NCBI GenBank assembly: GCA_036785375.1
Contig: JAWMAR010000060.1
Location: forward strand, 4,216,001 to 4,280,000
Length of the DNA stretch: 64,000 bases
Reading direction: 5' to 3'
Source: Leucoraja ocellata
Taxonomy: Eukaryota
Position numbers and translations under genes: made by a program. Every line of letters starts with the position of its first letter. Position 1 is the first letter of the stretch. The notes under the pieces were generated by a model. It was not told the DNA's origin and searched no databases. It saw only the letters and a program-made list of their open reading frames with translations. This document shows, piece after piece, positions 11,549 through 22,130 of this stretch.

Positions 11549-11966
11549 AGGGCCTGTCCCACGAGCATGCAAATGCATGAGGCAAGCGCGACCTAACGTG
11601 GTCTTTTGAGCCGTACAGCCTCGTGGGGCCGGTCCCATTTCAATCGTCGGAGCCGTATGGAGTTGTGCGGAGTTGGTCCCGACATCGCGCGGGGCTCCAA
11701 AAAACTGACACTGTCCAAAAAGTCCACGCGGCAACGGCCTGTCGGCCCGCCACCGCATTGAGGCCGTACGCACCGCCTCGACGGGCGTGTGCAGCATCTT
11801 GACGCCGTATGCAGCGTCTTGATGGTGTAAGCCTAGCGCAAACTCCCCGCGGACTTCGCCCGAACTTCACGTCAACTTGTACGGGATCACTCGTCCTCCG
11901 CGCGGCCCCCGCTTCCGGTTTGGTCGCGCTTGCCGCGTGCAGTCGCATGCACGTGGGACAGGCCCT
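11549..11966. mobile_element. PIF/Harbinger-like MITE, family 1
   Basis: TIR AGGGCCTGTCCCAC / GTGGGACAGGCCCT extending imperfectly about 43 bp; flanks TAA / TGA; GC- and CpG-rich; inverted second copy at 62738-63124. Confidence 0.8.
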
Positions 11967-12289
11967 TGATAAAAAGGCTGCTGTGCATTTACAACAGTTT
12001 CTGCAAACTCAATCGTACAATTGTTATGATTGTAACGTGACACTGATAACATGGCTCAAAAAATAGCTTTAAAGTCCTTATTCAGGCATAATTACTTTGC
12101 TGAGATCCCCTGCACTTTGTTTGGGGGTAAACCAGCATCTGCATGTTCCTTCTGTCTCCATTATTACTTTGATATTACCATAATATATGTGGAAACAACA
12201 TGAGAGTCAATACTTCAGTTCAAGACCCTGCATCAGGACTGAGGAACTGGACATGCTTCTGGGGCTGGAATAGAAGGATAGGCCAGATG

Positions 12290-13500
12290 AATACTTGGCT
12301 GAGGAGCTGGCGCAGTGGGGGAGGGGATTAGGTTTTTAGGTCATTGGGATGTCTCCTGTGACAGAGGTGACCTGTACAAAAGGGATGGGTTGCATCTCAT
12401 CTGAATATACTTTGGACTTTCTACTGTAGAGATGCAGCATGGAAACAGGCCCTTCGGCCCACCAAGTCCATGGTGACCAACGATCACCCCATGCACTAGG
12501 ACTATCTTACACACTAGGGACAATTTACAATTTACAGAAGCCAAGCAACCTATAAACCTGTTCATGTTAGGAGTGTGGAGGAAACCGGAGCACCCAGAGA
12601 AAGCCCACGCTGGTCACTGGGAGAACAGACAAACTCCGTACAGACAGCACCCGTAGTCAGGATCGAATCTGGGTCTCTGGTACTGTAAGGCACCGCTAAA
12701 ACTGATTGAAAACAAAGATCGCAACTGTGGAATGAAAGAAAATCCCATAAAATAATGAAGTAGAGACATTTATCTTGTTAGAGAGCTGTGGGGAAGGTTT
12801 GCTACTCATGTTACTCAGGAGGGTTTAAATTAGATTGGCAGGGGAGAGGGCCCCAGAGCAGAAAGGAGGCAGATGAGAGATTGTGACAAATATTGTAATC
12901 AAAGAAGGCAAGCTTAAAGACAGGACAGGCAGATGCATGGTAAAGACAGAGGAAGAAGTGGTGGCTTAAACTGTATGTTTTCAATGCCAGAGGCTTAACA
13001 GGGAAGGCAGATGAACTCAAGTTCATGATTGTGATATTATTGGCATAACAGAAACATAGCTGTGAGAAGGGCAGGACCAACAGCTCAGTATTCCAGGGTA
13101 TAGGTGCTAGGGGCATGATAGAGATGCAGGTAAGGGTGGAGGGTTGCCTTTATGAACAGGGAGGACATCATTACAGTGCATTCTGGGGAGAATGGTTAGT
13201 GAGGCTTTATGGATATAATTAGGAAGGGCATGATCACGTTGATGGGACTGTATTATAGGCCTCCACAAAGTCAACAAGGCTTAGAGGAGCCGTTGTGTGG
13301 GGAGGTTGCAGATGGCGTAAAAATAACAGGGAAGTATTAGTGCAAGAATTGGGAGAGTACTGGGATTTTTTTTTCTTTGGTGCACAGGAAGCTGAGGGGT
13401 GACCTTATTCATGTGTACACGATCGTGAGCAGAATGGATCAAGTGAACACTCGCAGTCTTTTACACAGGGTGAAGGAATCTAAAAGTAGAGGGCATTTTG
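12290..13500 (+). mobile_element. Old CR1 fragments (ORF1 esterase-like part, APE start, 3' piece) interrupted by a SINE
   Basis: GACCTGTACAAAAGGGATGGGTTGCATCT (DLYKRDGLH), NCMFFNARGLTGKADEL-like and GLYYRPP-like segments; RKLRGDLIHVY at 13377. Confidence 0.65.
12427..12697 (-). mobile_element. HE1-like SINE
   Basis: Reverse complement of the 753-1066 family (GGAAACAGGCCCTTCGGCCCACC...ACAAACTCCGTACAGACAGCACCCGTAGTCAGGATCGAA). Confidence 0.8.
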
Positions 13501-14158
13501 CCACAACTTCTTTCTTTGAAAGTGTGACATCCTCCATCCCAGGTGAACAGGTAAGTGGAAGTCATCCCGATTGTCAAATTAGCATCACAAAATCGAACTT
13601 GTTACAGGGGTACCAAGTGACAAAGGGACTGGAATGATATAGTCCCCTGCGACAATATTAAAAACTGCTGCTGGTGTCTGACAAAGAGGCAACTCTCCGA
13701 TAGCTGAACTGATATTCCTAATTGTAGTTTAGCTCAATGTTCCTATCTGTCCTTGCTCTCCAGATGGTCCAGGGTCACCTGTAACTGATCAAGAGCATAT
13801 TACATCATGCTCATATTCACATCGGGTCTGCAGGACATTTATATTTATCGCTAGTACATCACATAATGAAAGACATATGCAATATGTACAGCATTAATTT
13901 TATGTTAACTGTGCAATACAACAACATTTTAATCTATTTTACAATGAACACTTAGGGATCATACTCACTAGATTAAGTGATTTAAATTTTTATTTTAGCC
14001 TATTAGCCACTTCACTTTCTCTTCAGATTATGGCACTCCTTTCTATTTGCAGAGTGCTCCTACATTTTCCCTATTATTGTACAGTGTAATCTTGACATTT
14101 GCATTTAGCTTAACATAATAAAAGTTCTTCCTTGTGTCTGTTCCTTTTCTTCCTTTAG

Positions 14159-14193
14159 ATTGTCAAACATCGTGAAAGCTTTCTTCTGGGAGG
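14159..14193 (+). other. Candidate 35-nt internal exon of an unidentified host gene
   Basis: Long polypyrimidine tract ending TTTAG, CTTAAC branch-like motif, donor GG|GTGAGC; two open frames (LSNIVKAFFWE or IVKHRESFLLG). Splice signals only. Confidence 0.4.
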
Positions 14194-14486
14194 GTGAGCA
14201 TTTGGAAATTGCAAGACTTAAAACCTTGATCATTGCTTTTGGTACCAAGATCTTGTCCATAAATGCAAGTTCCTAACTATCTCATCTTTCTCTTAGTATA
14301 AAATCAGAACGAATGAAGGGAAATTGAGTCTTTTTACATTTCACAGGGTGGATTTTGCAGTTTGTGGTTCAATTGTGATGTTCTCTGCCTGGAAACTGGG
14401 AAGTGCAAGGCCATCTGAGACTCAAATTACAAACATGGTAACCTTGCCACTAATTGCTTTCCATCTTAGACAGAGTGTCAGCTGAA

Positions 14487-14750
14487 CGGTGGCGCAGTGG
14501 TAGAATTGCTGCCTTACAGCGCTTGCAGGGTACGGGTACGATCCCGACTACGGGTGCTGTCTTTACGGAGTTTGTACGTTCTCCCCGTGACCGCGTGAGT
14601 TTTCTCCAAGATCTTTGGTTTCCTCTCACATTCCAAAGACATTCAGGTATGTAGGTTAATTGGCTTGAAGTATGTGTAAATTGACCTTAGTAGTAGGATA
14701 CTGTTAAGGTGCAGGGATCGATGGTCAGTGCGGACTCGGTGGGCCGAAGG
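14487..14750 (+). mobile_element. HE1-like SINE
   Basis: A-box TGGCGCAGTGG (14490-14500), B-box-like GGTACGATCCC, V-domain-like core. Confidence 0.8.
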
Positions 14751-14774
14751 AAGTAATTAAGGAACATTTAGTTG

Positions 14775-15065
14775 AACAGTACAACACTAGAACAGGTAAG
14801 ATGAGGTGATCCACATCCCTCCATTCCTTGCATATCCATGTGCCTTTCCAAAAGGTTTGTATAGCTGCCTCCACCACCACCCTTGGCAATGTATTACGGG
14901 CATCCGCCACTCTCTGTGTGTCTGACGGTCTGCTCTATTTATGCCTCTCATCATTTTATATACTTCTATCAGGTCTCCCCTCAACCTCCAGAGAGAATAC
15001 AATCCAAGTGTCCAATCTCTTCTTACAGCTAATACCCTCCAATCCAGGCAGTATTCTGATAAACT
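14775..15065 (-). mobile_element. CR1 3' fragment
   Basis: LGLYSLWRLRGDLIEVYKMMRGI and RNTLPRVVVEA in minus-strand ORFs. Confidence 0.7.
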
Positions 15066-15239
15066 TAGATTTATTGGAATCCTTTTCAAATGACACCATA
15101 AGCTTGCATTTAGAAAGCCAATGCTTAGGCAGGGATAGGCAGCATGAATTCCAGGTAATTTTTTTTAAACAATTTCTAATTACTTAAAATGAGCTAATTT
15201 GGCCTTTGCTGGCTATAAAAGCAATTCCATCAATGAGAC

Positions 15240-16210
15240 TGAATTTTCTTGGAAGGTAATAAGTATTGCTGTTGAAGACAATGTGTTTGACATAGTACGG
15301 AGTTTAGCAACATTTTTGAGAATGTCGCGCATGACAGGTTACAAGAAAAATTACAAGACCATGGGATCAAAAGGGTAATGGAAATCAAATACAATCCAGC
15401 AGACTTTGAAAATCCGAAACAAAAATCAAAAACCTTTCGAGACTATAACTCTTCAGTTGGACTGCGACCTTTTCTTATTCACAGATGCTGACTTACCTGC
15501 TGAAAATATTTGGAACATTTTCAGGTTTTGATCCAAGACATAGTTGCAAAGTGGAACAAATAAATTGGTCAGGGGCAGGAAGTAAAGAGTTAGCTTTTGT
15601 AACTGAAAAGCTGTTACCAGCAGGGTTCCACATGGTTCAGTACTTAGTCCATTTCTGATGATTTAGATCTAAATGAAGCCTCATGAAGAAGAGGTTTGCA
15701 GATGATACGAAGATTGGCTGCCTGATTGACAGTAAGGAGGAATGCTTTAGACTGGTGAAAGGTATTGATGGCCTGGTCTACTGGGAAGAAAATTGGACAA
15801 TGGAACATAATCCAGGATAGTGTGAGGTTGGAGAGGTTTAACAAGGCAAGGAAATACGCAATAAGTGGAGCGGTAGTGAATGAAGTGGAGGAGCAAAGAG
15901 TTTTGGAAATATGTTTGCAAAGCCTCAAAGGAAGCAGGATTCATCAATAAATGATTACAATGACAGAAAGATGAATTGCTTTATGAACCAGGGCACTGAA
16001 TATGAGAGCTGGGACGTTATGGTGAAACTGCGTAAAACATTAGTCAGGCTGCAGCTAGAAAAATGTACACAGTTCTGAACACAGCACTTCATGAAAAATG
16101 TGAAGTACTTACATTTTAATCTGTGATACGCTGGACCAGGAGCCTAGTTTTGGAAGATGGGATTAGTTTGGGTAGCTGCTTTTCAACTGGCAACAATATG
16201 ATTAGTCAAA
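15240..16210 (+). mobile_element. Old degenerate CR1 RT-region fragments
   Basis: AGCAGGGTTCCACATGGTTCAGTACTTAGTCC (GVPQGSVLGP-like), TTTGCAGATGATACGAAG (FADDTK), TTAGTCAGGCTGCAGCTAGAA (LVR.QLE). Confidence 0.55.
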
Positions 16211-16840
16211 TTACAATCGTCAGAATAGCAAATGTTCATTGATTACAAAAAGATTTTCAACCAGATATTTAACCTTTCCAATAATTTACCATTTGTCTCT
16301 TATTTCTTGATGATCCTTTACCTTGGGAATATTGCATACAATTTCTATATTGTGGTCTCTCCTCAGTCCATGCCACCATCTCACACTGATAAACTGCCCG
16401 ATAGTTTACAGCCTTAGAACTCATCTCCAGGATCTTGCTCCTCATTACTAATTCATCTGATACACTAATATTGTTTGCCATCATATATTTTTTTAAATAT
16501 ATAATGGCATGTTAAACTACTCTGTGCATTTAAGAAATTGTGTTGTGTTGATTCAGGGAAGTTGGTTAAACTGGTATTTTCCTCTATCCCATTGATTTGT
16601 TATTAAGTGCACATGATTGCAATCACCCATTGCCCATCACATTTTGAATCACAATTTAGAGCGACTGCAATAGTTTATATCACACTTGGGCTTTAATTAG
16701 CTCATACATAATATTCGTAAATAGTGACAAACCATCATTTAAATGTACCAATCAAAATAGTGTAAACTGGAATGAAATCGACAGTTTCAGAACAATTAAG
16801 AATTACCAGACATTATTACTGTCCCTCCAGGATAATGGGA

Positions 16841-16986
16841 TCCACGGTTGGATTGCAACCTTGTCGTGGTCGGGGAGCTTGTGTGTTTCAGTGACCCCTA
16901 GAGCTATGCCAACGGGAGATTCGTCTCCTGTTAGGGTCTCCCATGCTGAACAGGTCAAAGGGTAGAGGCGAGACGAAGAGCGATCC
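16841..16986 (+). ncRNA. Predicted HDV-like double pseudoknot with long P4
   Basis: P1 UCCACG/CGGGGA (5/6), P2 GGAUUGC/GCGAUCC (7/7 with one U.G), P3 ACC/GGU, L3 UUGUCGU, CGAA at 16974-16977; no canonical G1. Confidence 0.5.
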
Positions 16987-17148
16987 ACTGGTCCTCCAGG
17001 TTGGAGGTTGAGCACAGGGCTAACAACCTTGTATCATAAAGCACATATGTTACAGAAACAGCAACTGAAGGAATCAACAAGGAGTGGAAGACCTTTGTTG
17101 CTGCCCTACATGCCAGGAGGCATAATAGGCAGTAAGTAAGTAAGCAAG
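16841..17148 (+). mobile_element. 308-bp internally deleted (bipartite) RTE-clade non-autonomous retroelement
   Basis: RTE-type 5' UTR (ACCTTGTCGTGGT...GAGCTATGCC...GGTTGAGCACAGGGCTAACAACC) fused to RTE 3' end (TGGAAGACCTTTGTTGCTGCCCTA, WKTFVAAL) and (TAAG)n tail; perfect 15-bp TSD TCCAGGATAATGGGA at 16826-16840 and 17149-17163. Confidence 0.85.
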
Positions 17149-17289
17149 TCCAGGATAATGGGAAATTATCATCAGCAACCAGACAACAGTGGCAAGGACT
17201 GGACACTGACATTGATGAAATCACTCGATAGAATTTTGAACATACTTTTGCCACTTCATCAGCTACAAAGAGGCAGACAATCTTTTTCC

Positions 17290-17912
17290 AATGATAATGC
17301 CTTCTGGGATAGGTTGGATCCATGGTGACTAGGTCATTTGGATTCAGAATTGGCTTACTTATAGATAGTAATTTGACATTAGTGTACGTGATTGCATGAA
17401 AAGCAGCAACCCAGAGAGTGTGGTGGAAGAGTGTTAATCTGGCTGGAGGTCTGTGATGGTGGAGTTCAACAGGGATCTGTGCTGGGACCTCTATTGCTTG
17501 AAAATATATATCAATGTCTTGGATGTAAATGTAGTTGGGTTAGTTAGTAAATTTGAAGATAGCAGGATATGCAATAGGCTAGCTACAGAGATGGGTAGAG
17601 AAATGATAGATGGAATTTAATCTGAGCTAGCATAGTTTGGGAAGTAAAATGTTTGGGGAAATATACAGTTAATGGCAAGATCCCTAACAGCATTAATGCG
17701 CAGAGGGATTTTGGGATGGTGGTGGAGGAGGCAATTCCTAGAATAGGAACACATAAGAATATTTCAGATACACACATGGATGCACAAGGAGTGGAGGGCT
17801 ACAGATCGCATGAAGGCAGAAGGCACATGATTCTAAATTACTTTAATTTAGCTTGATGTGTGGCACAAACATTGTGGGCTGAAGGGTCTCCTTCTCTGCT
17901 GCACTGTTCTAC
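17290..17912 (+). mobile_element. Old CR1 RT and 3' fragments
   Basis: GGAGTTCAACAGGGATCTGTGCTGGGACCTCT (GVQQGSVLGP), AGTAAATTTGAAGAT, 3' tail GGGCTGAAGGGTCT...CTGTTCTA. Confidence 0.6.
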
Positions 17913-19157
17913 ATCTCACATCTTCAATTGTGAAGCAAACAATGGACAATATCACCCCTGTTATTCTGGAGGTATTCCATTGGTGTTGCTGCATGTTTGG
18001 CAATTGATCACTGATACACTTTGATACCCTATCTCTGTAATTTCCCCAAATTCCTAATGACGTTAACATTTTGTGGACCTTGCTTTGCATATTTCAGCTA
18101 TTATGTCTTTAGAAACAACACATATCTTAGCTATTTATGACACTTTCCTCAATGCTAGATTTAATTTGGTGTCTACAATGGAATCATATACTTACAAGTA
18201 ATAGAGATGAACATGGGAATATTTCCAAAATTTGTAAAGAAGAAGGCAGGAAATAGCTTGCTTTAGATACTGATGAAGTAAGTCACACAAATTCATAATC
18301 TAATAATTCTCCTCTTTAAATTACAGTTTCATCAACGTTATTACATTACTCCAGTGCACGCAATATAAAAGAAACCAGAAGTGGATTAATAGAGATTTTT
18401 TTGTTGAGCAGTCCAAAGTATTAGAAATGAAGTAAAGTGATTAATAAGACTTGCTGAACAATGACCATCTGATTTCTTCGGCATTCTGGTATATTTACCA
18501 CCTTGAATAACCCCATCATCAGGGAATTCTTTGCCAGCAAGCAGAGTGTAAAATATGTTATTAAGTAGAAACACATTGTTTGTGATTTATAGTGATAATG
18601 ATTGAATATAAAACACTGCACTGACATGATTAACACCACCAGGAAACAGGACCATAAAAACAGGATAAAAAGCTGCTTGCAAAACGTAAACATCATTCTA
18701 CCAGTCTCTGTACAGCAGCAAGAAAGATTTATTTGAAATGATGCTGGAAGAGATTTTATATCGAACGCAGAAATGCAGAAAGATATGAGTTATATTTTTC
18801 TGCTGCACAATTAGTTTTTATTTTCATTTTTATTAATTGAACATAATTTAAAATGCAAATAGAGAATGGATACCTGTGCAAAGTGCTTGATTTCACTCAT
18901 CAACCACGATTGTTGTGCTAACCAAGTAAACATCCTGCCAAGCATTGTTGTGCACCATTCCTGCCATATGTTTCAAAACAGACAGCACTCTTGCACTCTA
19001 CCTTGCTGGAAAAGATAGACTGTGTTAAAGCAGAGGTTCGGTTCTGAAATCTGGACGAAGGAACAAAGGAGTAAAAATTCTAATCTGCAGGAGCTCACAT
19101 TTTGCCTGGATATTCTTTGAGCGGATCCACTTCTGCCTGTTTTGTGCCCTCAACAAA

Positions 19158-19203
19158 ATGGAATTTTACCAAAATATATCACAAGTGAAATGCTTTTTGC
19201 AGC
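19158..19203 (+). other. Candidate short coding exon (possible alternative first exon)
   Basis: ATG in AAAATGG context, MEFYQNISQVKCFLQ, then strong donor AGC|GTAAGTA. Protein not recognised. Confidence 0.25.
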
Positions 19204-19299
19204 GTAAGTAATATCAATACTTCACTCGTAGTTCTGTTAAAAATCAATGTGGTAAGCAATCTATTTTCCTTTTGGCCCTTGTATTATTCTCTCTTAGGC

Positions 19300-19990
19300 C
19301 CTGGGCATCAGAAGCAAGGCCAGCATTTATTGCCGTCCCTTAAATGCCCTTGAGAGTGAGCCACACGTCGGCAGTCCTTTTAATGAAGTACTACTGGGTT
19401 GGGAGTTACAGAATTCAAATCCATTAATGCTGAAGATTCCAGGTCAGGGTGCTGTGGGACCAGCATTGTGCAAGGATGATGCCGTTCTCATGCTCCTGAT
19501 GCCACAGTCCATTTATATATTGGAGGTTGTGGGTTTATGACGGGCTGTTGAATACGCCTCGGTAAGATGGTGCAGTAGGCTTTGTAGATGGAACGGAGCA
19601 CCTGTGAAGGAGAGCAAATTCTGAGCATGGCTGGTGGCTTTCCAAATAAACTGATAGCTTTGGACAGTGTCAGAGTACTTGAGCATTGTTGAGCTACACT
19701 CATCCAGGTAAATGGAAATGGTTCTTTCACAATGCTGATTGACCTGTAGATGGCAGAGGCTTTGGGAGGCAAAGGACTCCCTGCCTCTGACCTGCTCTCA
19801 CGTGCTCCAATTAAGCCACCAGTCAATAGTGACCCCCTGAGTGTTGGTGTTGAAGGGGCGGGAGAGGACACGATATTCGGTCACGGTAAGGATGTTGAAT
19901 GTCAAGAGTAAAGATTTGACTCTTTCATGCTGGAGATGGTCTTTGTCTGCATTTTCAGTGGTCTAAACATTTCTTGCCGTCTCACCAATG
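19300..19990 (-). mobile_element. Old CR1/L2-group LINE 3' portion
   Basis: GCAAGGCCAGCATTTATTGCCGTCCCTTAAATGCCCTTGAG is the reverse complement of the 3' end seen at 57200-57275; degenerate body. Confidence 0.5.
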
Positions 19991-20568
19991 ACAGTTTGAC
20001 CAGTGGAGGCTGGTTTCTAGCTCATTGTTGCATTCTTTGTGTATGTCCTGCTCTGATATTATCCCTGTTTCTGGTTCTTGTTCGGAGATCGATATGCTCT
20101 TTGTTTCCAATATTATCATGTAGATGGGCTACGGGATTGTATTGATCAGTAGGTAAAATAGGCAGAGTGATGGCAGATGAAATTTAAACTGTTAGCTGGG
20201 AGGTGATGTACATCAATATGAACTTGTATGAGCTTCAAGAAAGACTAGAAGGAATTTTCTCCCCCACCCACCTCCCACTAGTTATTGGCAATGTGGAGCA
20301 ACATCGAACAAAGGTTATTGATTTGCCTTCAAGAACTTTTTTCCACAGAAAGAAAGAAATGTGTCCAGCCGTGGAAAGTGAAAGAAGGTAAAGAGATTAT
20401 GAAACCAAAAGAATAGGCTTATAGTAATGGCAAAAAAAGCAGTGAGCCAGAGGAATAGAGCATTTTGGAATTCAACAAAGGAAGTCAAAAATATCTACAA
20501 GGAAAGGGAAAGCAAAGTACAATAGTAATTTAGTAAGGAATATTTTAAAAAATTGTAAACGTTTACAT

Positions 20569-20787
20569 TAGAACGGAGACGAGGAAACACTTTTTCTCAC
20601 AGAAAGTGGTGAGTCTGTGGAATTCTCTGCCTCAGAGGGTGGTGGGGGCAGGTTCTCTGGATGCTTTCAAGAGAGAGCTAGATAGGGCTCTTAAAAATAG
20701 TGGAGTCAGAGGACATGGGGAGAAGGCAGGAACGGGGTACTGATTGGGGATGATCAGCCATGATCACATTGAATGGCGGTGCGGGCT
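20569..20787 (+). mobile_element. Young CR1 3' fragment (tail deleted)
   Basis: RTETRKHFFSQKVVSLWNSLPQRVV..., near-identical to the reverse complement of 55400-55620. Confidence 0.85.
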
Positions 20788-21030
20788 AACCAGTGGTTTG
20801 CACTTTGCAGTGTAGCCTCTGTATTTATGTTCATGAAGTCTTCTGCGGATGGTGGTCATTGACAAATCCATACCTGATTCCTATAGAGTGTTTCTGATCT
20901 GTTGGACAGGTGTTTGGGGGATTTTTATTTATTATAGAGAGAATTCTGTCATCAGCTGTGGAGGTCTTCCTTGTCCTGCCAGTCCCTTTGCGATTAGTAA
21001 ACTCACCAGTGCTCTCTTTTTTCTTGATGA

Positions 21031-21310
21031 TAGAAAATAGACAATAGAAGCAGGAGTAGGCCAGTCGGCCCTTTGAGCCAGCAACGCCATTCAATGTGAT
21101 CATGGTTGATCATCCACAATCAGTACCCCGCTCCTGCCTTCTCCTCATATCCCCTGACTCCGCTATCTTTAAGAGCCCGATCAAGCTCTCTCTTGAAAGT
21201 AGCCAGAGAACTGGCCTCCACTGCCCTCTGAGGCAGATAATTCCACAGACTCACATCTCTTTGTGTGAAAAAGTGTTTCCTCATCTCCATTCTAAATGCC
21301 TTACCCCACT
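21031..21310 (-). mobile_element. Young CR1 3' end inserted in Tc1 transposase
   Basis: (TCTATTG)n-type tail at 21031-21047 and CR1 3' UTR/ORF2 end. Confidence 0.85.
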
Positions 21311-21365
21311 CTGTTCCAAACAGTTGATTTTGGTAAGCCTAAGGTTTAGCTGATGTATCTAACAG

Positions 21366-22130
21366 GTGCTGATCATGGGCTTTAGGAGGGCACATCATCC
21401 GAGGACGTACACTCCATTGAGTATAAATGGGGATCCTGTGGATAGGGTGAACTGTTTTAAATATCTGGGAGTCCACATCTCTGAGGATATGACATGGTCA
21501 TCACACGCCTCAGCACTCGTGAGTAAGGCAAGGCAGCGTCTTTACCACCTCAGGCAATTGAGGAAATTCAGAGTGTCTCCGAGGATCCTACAGTGCTTCT
21601 ACGCAGCGGCGGTGGAAAGCATCTTGTCCGGGAACATTACCATCTGGTTCGGGAATTGCTCTGCCAAGGACAAGAAGGCTATGCAGAGAGTAGTGCGTTC
21701 GGCCGAACGCACTATGGGAACTTCACTCACCCCCCTGCAGGAACTATACAACAGGAGGTGCAACTCCAGAGCAAACAAAATCATGAGAGACCTCTTCCAC
21801 CCCTGCAACGGACTGTTCCAGCCACTACGGTCAGGCAAACGCCTCCGTTGCCATGCAGTGAGAACGGAGAGGTTGAGAAGGAGTTTCTTCCCAGAGGCAA
21901 TTCGGACTGTAAACGCCTTTCTCACCAGGGACTAACTCTACAGAACGTTTTTCCTTCTATTATTTATTATGTAAAAGAATATGTGTGTTATGATTGTGTT
22001 TATAATTTGTTTGGTTGTTTTGTTGTTTGTCTTTTGCACAAAAGTCCGCGAGCATTGCCACTTTCATTTCACTGCACATCTCGTATGTGTATGTGACAAA
22101 TAAACTTGACTTGACTTGACTTGACTTGAC
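21366..22130 (+). mobile_element. Rex1/Babar LINE 3' part, family A (ORF remnant 21366-21935)
   Basis: PLSINGDPVDRVNCFKYLGVHISEDMTWS, KARQRLYHLRQLRK, HPCNGLFQPLRSGKR, SFFPEAIR; tail (CTTGA)n. Confidence 0.88.

Noticed and set aside
16269-16484. Minus-strand 71-aa ORF with an internal donor-like site
   Set aside because: No recognisable similarity; size expected by chance.
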